From the IMG/VR virus record IMGVR_UViG_3300032334_000488, positions 1-64,000 of that record: 64,000 bases of DNA. The stretch is one strand, 5' to 3'. Shown here piece after piece: positions 39,664 to 47,432 of the stretch; position 1 is the first letter of the stretch; the number at the start of each line of letters is the position of its first letter. Source of the stretch: a virus. The notes beneath the pieces were generated by a model that was given only the letters and a program-made list of their open reading frames with translations, was not told where the DNA came from and did not search any database. The translations under genes and the position numbers were made by a program.

Positions 39664-40154
39664 AGCCACCAAAAGACTTAGGCAAGGCGATCGAGGCTGG
39701 CTATCAGCCTATGTTCATGACAGGTGAAGAGATCAAGACTCACTTCGCACCTCTTGAGGGTGATAAGAAGATAGTTAAACTCCCACCCAACGAGAGAGCA
39801 AATCGCTACGATCACGGTGAGCGCAAAGAGACTGATGATGAACTATGGGCTCGCAAGTTAAAGGAATCTAAGCAGACAGGATTAGAGCGCCACGGAGAGA
39901 TCTCTTTTGCATTTGGAGAGCCACAGAAGTACGGAATCTCACGTGAAAGCACTCTTGCAGATAAAGCCAAGAAGTCTGGCATGCCTGGAGCGATCCACGT
40001 AGCAGATAAGCCAGGATACCCATCAGACAAGCCGCAGATACTAGGTGGTCACCACCGTGTTGCATTATCGTCAGAGCAGTTCAAGGAGCACATCTTCCCT
40101 GTTAAGTATGCGAAGAATCTTGACGAGGCTAAGGCAGATCCAGGGTACCGATGA
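39660..40154 (+). CDS. ParB/Srx-like domain protein
   Basis: AIHV...QILGGHHRVAL. Confidence 0.6.
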   Translation: MKPPKDLGKAIEAGYQPMFMTGEEIKTHFAPLEGDKKIVKLPPNERANRYDHGERKETDDELWARKLKESKQTGLERHGEISFAFGEPQKYGISRESTLADKAKKSGMPGAIHVADKPGYPSDKPQILGGHHRVALSSEQFKEHIFPVKYAKNLDEAKADPGYR

Positions 40155-40312
40155 AGTGCAAGCACATCTACGAGGTAGTCGGGGCCGTCTTCTGCCCACA
40201 TTGCGGTTCTAGCACTCACGAAGTGGACTGGGCCGATGTCAATGAACAGCATCGCGCCTGGAAAGAATTTATCATTGATAATCCACAAGAGTTAACTTGG
40301 TGGAGCATATGA
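40151..40312 (+). CDS. small zinc-finger protein (53 aa)
   Basis: MKCKH...CPHCG; ATGA overlaps at both ends. Confidence 0.6.
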   Translation: MKCKHIYEVVGAVFCPHCGSSTHEVDWADVNEQHRAWKEFIIDNPQELTWWSI

Positions 40313-40521
40313 GTCGTTCAGCAGAGTTTGAGTCATCCCACATCGCAGCACGAGAAATCGCCCCAGGTGATTATCTCGATCCATCAGTAAAGGTACGTGT
40401 ACATGCGGCCAAGATGATTGGTAATGACTTCGTCGTAGCACATAAGTTACGTGGCTCTAAGTCACCTGGCGTGTCTATGTATAAGCCAGATGACAAGGTG
40501 AGAGTGTGGCGCAAGAAGTGA
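40309..40521 (+). CDS. small hypothetical protein
   Basis: MSRSAEF...AREIAPGD. Confidence 0.6.
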   Translation: MSRSAEFESSHIAAREIAPGDYLDPSVKVRVHAAKMIGNDFVVAHKLRGSKSPGVSMYKPDDKVRVWRKK

Positions 40522-40841
40522 GCAACCTCAATCCTCAGCAGTTTGTATCTCTGACCCATCACGAGGGCAGGTACCTCCATCATATTGACGCACATGACCA
40601 AGATGGCAACATGGTCGGATCTATGGATTGGAACAAGAGATCCAAGAGAGTGATGAACATCAGCGTCAGCACACGACTTCGTCGTCAAGGTATTGCAAGC
40701 CACATGTGGGATCTAGCAAATCAAACCGCCCAAGAAAAAGGTCAAGTAGGACCTCAACACTCCTACGAGAGAACTGACCTAGGAGATGCATGGGCAAAAT
40801 CCGTAGGTGGACGTCTTCCACACAATAGGATGAAAAAATGA
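40518..40841 (+). CDS. GNAT acetyltransferase with NLNPQQF tag
   Basis: motif A V....RRQGIAS; HS..RT..G.AW. Confidence 0.85.
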   Translation: MSNLNPQQFVSLTHHEGRYLHHIDAHDQDGNMVGSMDWNKRSKRVMNISVSTRLRRQGIASHMWDLANQTAQEKGQVGPQHSYERTDLGDAWAKSVGGRLPHNRMKK

Positions 40842-41203
40842 GCAACCTATCTCCTAAGCAGTTTCCAGAGTTGTTCCACGGATCTACCGCAGAGACGATG
40901 AAGCCTGGAACAATAATCCGCCCAGGTAATGATCGTGTCGTATGGGCAGGAACTAATCCAGAGCGTGCAGCAGACCATGTCATTGATCGTATGAATACAG
41001 GTTACCGAGGACGAGATAATAAAAAGGGATGGCATCAGCAGTCTCTGGTATCACCTGTCTATGAAGTCGAGCCATTAAAGACTGACAAGACACTGACAGA
41101 TATGTCTTGGTGGAGTAAAGACTCTATAACCTCTGATAAGGGCTTCAGAGTAAAGGGCGTCAAGCGCTACGTTACTCTTGGAGAGAAGATGAGTAACGAA
41201 TGA
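40838..41203 (+). CDS. ADP-ribosyltransferase-like protein (Arr-like) with NLSPKQF tag
   Basis: LFHGS...PG..I.P, VWA.T....A, VYEVEP. Confidence 0.7.
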   Translation: MSNLSPKQFPELFHGSTAETMKPGTIIRPGNDRVVWAGTNPERAADHVIDRMNTGYRGRDNKKGWHQQSLVSPVYEVEPLKTDKTLTDMSWWSKDSITSDKGFRVKGVKRYVTLGEKMSNE

Positions 41204-41297
41204 GCGCCCCAAGTAAAGAGCAATGTCGTCTATGTGACCATGACATGCAGTACGGCTGCTGTACAATAGACACCTGCAAGTGTATCTGCGAGCCACG

Positions 41298-41630
41298 ATG
41301 ACAGTGCCGAAGAATCTTAACAATGCACAGTTTGCACTCTCTAGCGAGATAGGTCATCACGCAATCACCGCTCACATCGATAGTGAGCCAGTAGGTCGTA
41401 TGACATGGGCGAAAGCAACAGGCAAGATCGGTAAGGTCTATGTCAAGCCTGAACATCGCCGCAAAGGTGTAGCGACATCAATGTTTCATGCCGCCAAAGA
41501 TATGGCCAGAGAACAAGGTCTACAAGAGCCATCACACTCTCAATCACGCAGTGATGCGGGAGAAGGTTGGGTACAATCGTTAGGTGAGCAAGCACCTGCT
41601 CGTGTATCTGACAGGGAGTACTACCGATGA
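41298..41630 (+). CDS. GNAT acetyltransferase with NLNNAQF tag
   Basis: VYVKPEHRRKGVAT; HS..RS..G..W. Confidence 0.88.
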   Translation: MTVPKNLNNAQFALSSEIGHHAITAHIDSEPVGRMTWAKATGKIGKVYVKPEHRRKGVATSMFHAAKDMAREQGLQEPSHSQSRSDAGEGWVQSLGEQAPARVSDREYYR

Positions 41631-41884
41631 CTCTAAGCAACGATCAATTCGGTGACGTCCCTAAGACCAAGTGGGTACCTGACCAAGAGGGTCACTCAAT
41701 CGGATGGCATATCCTCAAGTGGCACATACCACGAGGCAACAAAGCAGGAAAATCATTCGGCGGTGATGGCGTCTCGTCATACGACTACGAGCAGCACCAC
41801 AAGATGCACATGCGTATGCATGAAGACGGAAAATTCGAGGTCGGGCACGAGCATGAGCATTTCACACCAAAGGATCGCAAATGA
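41627..41884 (+). CDS. His-rich protein with TLSNDQF tag
   Basis: WHILKWH...HHKMHMRMH. Confidence 0.6.
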   Translation: MTLSNDQFGDVPKTKWVPDQEGHSIGWHILKWHIPRGNKAGKSFGGDGVSSYDYEQHHKMHMRMHEDGKFEVGHEHEHFTPKDRK

Positions 41885-42264
41885 AGCAGACGCCTAGAGA
41901 GCCAGATCACGACCCTAAAGAACCAAGAAATCTGTCGGGCGTTCAGTTTAAGTTCATTCACGCTGGTGCACCTAAGCAGCACCCTAAGATTCACACTATG
42001 TATGCAAATGACTCAGAGGGTAGATACCTAGGTCATCTTGACTGGAATAAGCGAACTGGTCAGATTGACAACATCAACGTGATCGGGCGCATGCAAGGTC
42101 TTGGTGTTGCAACATCAATGTACGAGAAGGCAACCAAACTTGCATCTGACACTGGTATCAAATCGCCACAGCATTCAACCTTCCGCACCGACAAGGGCGA
42201 TGCGTGGGCACGCAAGGTCGGTGGCAACGTACCGCCTCGTAAGGCAGAGCCAGAAGAAGAATAA
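41881..42264 (+). CDS. GNAT acetyltransferase with NLSGVQF tag
   Basis: INV...MQGLGVAT; HS..RT..G.AW. Confidence 0.85.
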   Translation: MKQTPREPDHDPKEPRNLSGVQFKFIHAGAPKQHPKIHTMYANDSEGRYLGHLDWNKRTGQIDNINVIGRMQGLGVATSMYEKATKLASDTGIKSPQHSTFRTDKGDAWARKVGGNVPPRKAEPEEE

Positions 42265-42284
42265 TCTTGTGATAGGGTCTGGGC

Positions 42285-42623
42285 ATGATTACAGACCGCC
42301 CTTGGGGAACATATGAAGTACTAGCAACATCTGACACTCACCAGGTAAAGCGCATCGTCGTGAAGCCTGGTCAACGCCTTTCTTATCAAACACATGAACA
42401 ACGCTCTGAATACTGGGTGATTGTTTCTGGAACAGGCACCGTAACACTTGACGGTATTCAATCGATGGCATTAGGTGGCGATGCATTTATTATTGAACAA
42501 GGTATCGCTCACCGTATTGCTAATACTGGAACAGAAGATCTTGTCTTTATTGAAACGCAATTAGGTATTTACTTTGGCGAAGATGACATAGTTCGTCTCG
42601 AAGACGACTTTGGTCGTGCATGA
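42285..42623 (+). CDS. cupin, mannose-6-phosphate isomerase type II C-terminal-like
   Basis: RPWG.Y, VKRI.V.PGQRLS.Q.H..RSE.W, GEDDIVRLED. Confidence 0.88.
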   Translation: MITDRPWGTYEVLATSDTHQVKRIVVKPGQRLSYQTHEQRSEYWVIVSGTGTVTLDGIQSMALGGDAFIIEQGIAHRIANTGTEDLVFIETQLGIYFGEDDIVRLEDDFGRA

Positions 42624-42795
42624 TGGAAAAGACATGGACTTATAGAGAAGCAGAACTACGTGAAGAGATTGCACAAGCGATTGAGGCATGGGGATTCATA
42701 ACTTCATATGACCCTAAGTCTGAGTTAGGAATGGCACAAGACGCAGCATTTAGACAAGCACGTGCTGCCTATGCACAGATTGCACGTGACTAACA

Positions 42796-43005
42796 ATGAC
42801 GCACGATGATGACATAAGCACAGAGGATTACAAACGATTAAGTAAGTACTTCAAACGTACTGGCATCTTTCGTGTGTATCTACTACTTCGCCCACCTATT
42901 GCACGTACCCAACTAATGCTTGAGTTTGTGATTAGAGGCCGAGTTCTTTTTACAGTAAAGTTGTGGAAACGCAAACACAGCATTTTTAATGAGGAAGACA
43001 AATGA
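42796..43005 (+). CDS. hypothetical protein
   Basis: ORF track. Confidence 0.4.
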   Translation: MTHDDDISTEDYKRLSKYFKRTGIFRVYLLLRPPIARTQLMLEFVIRGRVLFTVKLWKRKHSIFNEEDK

Positions 43006-43254
43006 GACATAGAGAAACCTTATGCTTTACCCCCAGAAAGTATTTTCAACAACCTGGAATGCTATGGCAATGCGATTGCGGCAAGGTGTACAGGTTTAGA
43101 AAGAAGTACGGCATGAAAGGTGGAGGAGTGAACAGATATTGGGAAGAAGTTAAGGAGAAGAAGTGAGCATAACACTTGGCGTTATTATCGGGTTAGTTGT
43201 TATGGATTTTGTAGGACTTGCATTTGCGCTTTATGGTTTAGGTATGGCAAAAGG

Positions 43255-43458
43255 ATGGTGGAAATGAAAATTGGTCCATACACATTACGCAAGCCATGGG
43301 TTAAGTACGTAAATGTAGAGTTAGACTTTGAGAATCAATTAACCAGAGCAATCATTAAGTCAATTCGAGCAGACATTATTGCAGATATTATTACTTTGGA
43401 TCTTTGCGATCAAGAGTGCGAGGTTATTGATTACCTTGAAAGAACCTCACGACCATGA
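43255..43458 (+). CDS. hypothetical protein
   Basis: ORF track. Confidence 0.5.
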   Translation: MVEMKIGPYTLRKPWVKYVNVELDFENQLTRAIIKSIRADIIADIITLDLCDQECEVIDYLERTSRP

Positions 43459-43949
43459 TTGTTCATCTATCTAAAGAAGAAGTTCGTGCATGTGCAGACA
43501 TTGCATTAAACCGATGGATGATGAAGTTCGGCAGTATTGACCGACCTAACTATGCAGGCGACAATAAGAAGTACCTAGAGCCAGAGATTGCGGCAAATGT
43601 ACGAACTATCGTTGCAGAGTATGCAGTTGCTAAGTTATACAAGCAGCCCTTTACATTTCCGTTTTATACCAATGAGGAACATTATTTCAGAAAAGACTTT
43701 CCTGATGTAATGCCATGCTATGAGGTCAAATCAATTCGCACCAAAGATGCGATCCCATTATTTCCTAAGGATGTCAGACCAGGGGTGATTCTGGTAGGGG
43801 CACGGGTTCTAGACCGTGATTACTATTCAGAGGTCGAGGTTTATGGCTGGCTTCCTACTGAAGAGTGCACCAAGGACGAGTATCATTATGCTCCAGAGAA
43901 TTCCTGGCGAATTCCTCTCGACAAGTTTAACGACACTATTCCAGGCTAG
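43455..43949 (+). CDS. PD-(D/E)XK-like hypothetical nuclease
   Basis: AEYAVAK...PDV...EVKS. Confidence 0.5.
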   Translation: MIVHLSKEEVRACADIALNRWMMKFGSIDRPNYAGDNKKYLEPEIAANVRTIVAEYAVAKLYKQPFTFPFYTNEEHYFRKDFPDVMPCYEVKSIRTKDAIPLFPKDVRPGVILVGARVLDRDYYSEVEVYGWLPTEECTKDEYHYAPENSWRIPLDKFNDTIPG

Positions 43950-43956
43950 GAGAACC

Positions 43957-44700
43957 ATGGCTGACAAAGGCACAGCAGCAGCAATCATCGAAGTTGCTCG
44001 TAAAGAAGTAGGGACTATTGAAGGTCCAAAAGATAATGAGACCAAGTACGGCGCCTTCACCAAGGCTAACTACCTAGCATGGTGTGGCTCATTCGTTATG
44101 TGGTGCGCTCATCAAGCAGGTGTAAAGGTTCCTAACACAGTTTCTACTGTTGCAGGAGCAGCGGCGTTTAAGAAGATGGGCACATGGTTTGACGCAGACT
44201 GCGGTCAATCACCACAACCAGGAGATATTCTGTATTTTGATTTCCCAGGAGACGGCGTCGATAGAATTTCTCACGTAGGTATCTGCACAGGTATTGACTC
44301 TGATGGTGTTGTCAACACTATCGAGGGCAATACATCTGGCAAGAAGAAGGGCGACCAGCGCAATGGTGGCGAGGTATGCGAGCAGACTCGTGGCTATAAG
44401 CCAAACAAGAAGAAGGTTCTTGTCTCAATCGTTGGTTGGGGTCGTCCTAACTACTCAGGCAACGAAGTCCAGGCTGAGATCCCTATGCCAGAGGCCCCAG
44501 CGTTCCCTGGACAGATCAAGCCAGGTGCCAAGGGAGAATCTGTCAAGATTGTCCAGAAGGCTCTAGGATTGGCTGCAGACGGCGATTACGGCCCAGCGAC
44601 AAAGAAGGCAGTTGTTGCATTCCAGGATAACCACGATATTGTTGACTCAAACGGCATCGTTGGCCCTAAGACTTGGGCAGAATTGGTCAAAATGCTCTAA
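43957..44700 (+). CDS. endolysin: CHAP amidase + peptidoglycan-binding domain
   Basis: WCGSFV, PQPGD, HVGI, TIEGNT; DGDYGP.T...FQ...GIVGPKTW. Confidence 0.92.
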   Translation: MADKGTAAAIIEVARKEVGTIEGPKDNETKYGAFTKANYLAWCGSFVMWCAHQAGVKVPNTVSTVAGAAAFKKMGTWFDADCGQSPQPGDILYFDFPGDGVDRISHVGICTGIDSDGVVNTIEGNTSGKKKGDQRNGGEVCEQTRGYKPNKKKVLVSIVGWGRPNYSGNEVQAEIPMPEAPAFPGQIKPGAKGESVKIVQKALGLAADGDYGPATKKAVVAFQDNHDIVDSNGIVGPKTWAELVKML

Positions 44701-44715
44701 TTGGACATTACCCAA

Positions 44716-44749
44716 GAACCCCTCTAGACCTGATAGTCTAGGGGGGTTC
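44716..44749 (+). terminator. stem-loop after endolysin
   Basis: gaacccctctagac / gtctaggggggttc. Confidence 0.6.
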
Positions 44750-44768
44750 ACTTATGTAGAGGAGAGTC

Positions 44769-45344
44769 ATGACAACGATTGCTGCCATTCAGGGAGACGG
44801 TTGGGTTGTAATGGGAGCCGATTCACAGGGCACCTACAACGAGTACCGTAATGTCTTTATGAAAGACCACAAGGTAATTGATAACAACGGAATCTTAATC
44901 GCTGGTTGCGGCATAGGTCGAGGTATGAATCTCCTACAACGTGGATGGAAAGCACCAAAGCCACGTGTTGGAATGACAGATGATCAGTTAGACACATGGA
45001 TGATAAAGACCTTCATCCCTGGAATGCGCCAAGTCTTTGTTGATGGCGGTTATGACATGAAGGATGACGGAGATTACGCACAGTTTGAGAACGTCTTCCT
45101 TGTAGCAGTTCAAGGAACCCTATACATTATTGATGAGGACTACTCACTAGATCGTGATGCTCGAAACTACTTCGCTACTGGAAGTGGCGGAGACTTTGCC
45201 CAAGGCTCTCTTTACAGTGCTGGAAACAAGATCTTTACAGACATTGAACTGGCTAAGAAGGCTATGACTACTGCCGTTAATGCAGCCAAAGAGTTTGACA
45301 CCAACTCTGGCGGAGAGACCCGTATCTACGTTCAAGAGTTCTAA
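44769..45344 (+). CDS. proteasome-beta/HslV-like Ntn threonine protease
   Basis: N-terminal MTT, ADSQ, K, ATGSGG..A.G, D..SGG. Confidence 0.85.
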   Translation: MTTIAAIQGDGWVVMGADSQGTYNEYRNVFMKDHKVIDNNGILIAGCGIGRGMNLLQRGWKAPKPRVGMTDDQLDTWMIKTFIPGMRQVFVDGGYDMKDDGDYAQFENVFLVAVQGTLYIIDEDYSLDRDARNYFATGSGGDFAQGSLYSAGNKIFTDIELAKKAMTTAVNAAKEFDTNSGGETRIYVQEF

Positions 45345-45353
45345 GTAACCGTT

Positions 45354-45369
45354 TGTGATGCGGGTCACA
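45354..45369. promoter_or_regulatory. CRP/GlxR-type box
   Basis: perfect TGTGA-tgcggg-TCACA in intergenic DNA. Confidence 0.5.
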
Positions 45370-45462
45370 CCAGTTGTGAGTTAGATTAGTCACACAACTT
45401 AATAAGTGGCTCCTGAGCAAGAGCACGCAAAAACTGCTCCTTTATTATGTTAAGATTTTGGA

Positions 45463-45726
45463 ATGTCAAAAACACAAGATAAGCGTTTACAGAGAAAACA
45501 AGACCACGCCGAGTTCTGCTGGAAGCAGGCACAACTCAAGGCAGCAATGGCCAAGACCAATCTAGATTTGGCCGTAGAAACTTTTAAGGATTTAAATAAA
45601 GAGATGACAGCAGAACAAATTCAAGCAACCCAAGAACAGACAGAAATTCAGTACAAGCGCATTGAAGAGTACCTAATGAGCGAAAAAGAACTCTATTTAG
45701 AACGTATGGGCATCCAACAGGACTGA
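45463..45726 (+). CDS. hypothetical protein
   Basis: leaderless TAAGAT-6nt-ATG. Confidence 0.65.
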   Translation: MSKTQDKRLQRKQDHAEFCWKQAQLKAAMAKTNLDLAVETFKDLNKEMTAEQIQATQEQTEIQYKRIEEYLMSEKELYLERMGIQQD

Positions 45727-45765
45727 TAATAGGACTTAAATCCTGAGGGGGAATCGAGACAGGTT

Positions 45766-46101
45766 ATGTTCATGAAGAGTCTAAACAATGTGTTGATGCG
45801 TATTGTTGCGGTATTTGCAGCAAGCGGTCTTGGTGTTATTGGTGCTGGTGCAATCGCTGGTATCTCAACTATCAAGGCTGTAACAGTCGCAGGTCTCACA
45901 GCAGTTGCAGCAGTTGTAGAAAAGTTGGCCCGTGCTTTTATGGACGATGGAAAACTAACTCTCGACGAAATCAACGCAGCATTCTCAAGCGTTGACAAGG
46001 GTGCAAAGACTGTGGCAGATGTAGAAGTTGAAGAACGTCAAGCAGCAGACAAAGCAGCAAAGGCTGCACCTGCTAAAGAAGACGATCCAAACTACAACTA
46101 G
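45766..46101 (+). CDS. holin-like membrane protein
   Basis: two hydrophobic helices, charged C-terminus. Confidence 0.5.
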   Translation: MFMKSLNNVLMRIVAVFAASGLGVIGAGAIAGISTIKAVTVAGLTAVAAVVEKLARAFMDDGKLTLDEINAAFSSVDKGAKTVADVEVEERQAADKAAKAAPAKEDDPNYN

Positions 46102-46274
46102 TCTCTAGTTGAGTAGAAGCCTCCACCTTTGAAGGAGAGGCCGAAAGAATTAAAGACACGCTGAAGAGCGTAGCCGCACTTGTCGCAGTGATAACCAGGA
46201 TCTGCCTCAGTGATGCTACGCTCTTTTTCGTAATCTAAATCGCACTGAATGCATGAGTACTCGTATCTAGGCAT
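46098..46274 (-). CDS. FmdB-family zinc-ribbon protein
   Basis: MPRYEYSC..C...C.KCG...FKG.GFYSTRD. Confidence 0.8.
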   Translation of the reverse strand: MPRYEYSCIQCDLDYEKERSITEADPGYHCDKCGYALQRVFNSFGLSFKGGGFYSTRD

Positions 46275-46436
46275 TAATCTTCTCCGTCTATGTGGTCGTT
46301 TTCGCAATCTCTTGCAAGAGTCATTACTACGTATCGTTTGCCGCATATACTACAAGAAAACTTTGCAATGTAGGCGGCATCATCCATCCCGCTATTATGT
46401 CCTTACACGGAGAGATAAAGGGGGCAAAATAGGATC

Positions 46437-46604
46437 ATGAACGGAAACCTGTCAACAAACCAGTTCTCTAGCATTACTGAGAGCAAGCAGGCTATGCCAG
46501 AAACTACAAGATTTGATGGCCCAGGAGGACTAGAGCCAAAATCAGGCGATAATTTTTCTCAAAATAAAAGCATCTCAATTCCTAAACCAGGATTTAGCGG
46601 ATGA
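46437..46604 (+). CDS. 55 aa protein with NLSTNQF tag (not in ORF track)
   Basis: MNGNLSTNQFSSITESKQAMPETTRFDGPGG...; stop overlaps next ATG. Confidence 0.65.
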   Translation: MNGNLSTNQFSSITESKQAMPETTRFDGPGGLEPKSGDNFSQNKSISIPKPGFSG

Positions 46605-46801
46605 CAACCACCACTACACACGATCCGCTTTCTGCACTTGATCGTTGTGATAAGTGCGGAGCGCAAGCATTGGTACGAGCAACCCTTGCAAATGGTGAAC
46701 TCTATTTCTGTGGACATCATGGTCGAGAGATGAGTAGCAAGTTGGTTGCGTCTGCTTTAGTTGTTTACGATCCAGAAGGCGTCTTTAATTATGGAAGATA
46801 G
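46601..46801 (+). CDS. small zinc-finger protein
   Basis: DRCDKCGAQA...L.FCGHH. Confidence 0.75.
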   Translation: MTTTTTHDPLSALDRCDKCGAQALVRATLANGELYFCGHHGREMSSKLVASALVVYDPEGVFNYGR

Positions 46802-47171
46802 ATATGAAACTGGTAAAGGACTCTTTGGTGGTCCTGGTGGTACTTACGGTCGTTACTCTGTGGGAAGTCGTGTTACGGCGCAAGGAAAGAATCTAAGAAA
46901 TCTTTCTACACAATTTGGTAATGCAGAAGATATCGAAGAACAACAGCGTCGTCGATTTGGTCGTCGTCATGAGTCTGGTTATTCAGGTGCAGGATTTTGG
47001 TTTTGGAACTATCCAAACATGGTAGGTGCAATCGGTGCAGGAACTGATCCACACGAAACTGGAAAAGATCAAGATCAACCAATGAGTGGTTCAAGTGATG
47101 CAGCATCTGCAACTAGTGGTGCAGGTAACGGTGGAACTGCTGCAGGTTTTATCGGAGGTTTGGGTACGTGA
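46761..47171 (+). CDS. Gly-rich hypothetical protein (internal NLSTQF)
   Basis: ORF track; true start probably MEDRY. Confidence 0.55.
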   Translation: MFTIQKASLIMEDRYETGKGLFGGPGGTYGRYSVGSRVTAQGKNLRNLSTQFGNAEDIEEQQRRRFGRRHESGYSGAGFWFWNYPNMVGAIGAGTDPHETGKDQDQPMSGSSDAASATSGAGNGGTAAGFIGGLGT

Positions 47172-47395
47172 GTGACAAAGTTCCACAACTCAATAGAAAA
47201 CCTTTAACTGTTAATCCAAACAGACAAGCACGTAAAACTGAGTTTGGTTTTAATGCAAATCTTGGTTATAAGTCTGTAGCAGAACCAACAACTATGTCGT
47301 GGGCTAATCGTGGTAAAGGTGTACAAGGAGAATCAGTAAACTCTCAAAATGTTGCCTCTAAGTTTGTCGTTAGAAAACCAGGCAAGGCGCTATAA
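47168..47395 (+). CDS. basic hypothetical protein
   Basis: ORF track, coupled. Confidence 0.55.
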   Translation: MSDKVPQLNRKPLTVNPNRQARKTEFGFNANLGYKSVAEPTTMSWANRGKGVQGESVNSQNVASKFVVRKPGKAL

Positions 47396-47432
47396 TTCCG
47401 TAAGAGGGCAATAAGTATTCCGAGGGGAAAAC

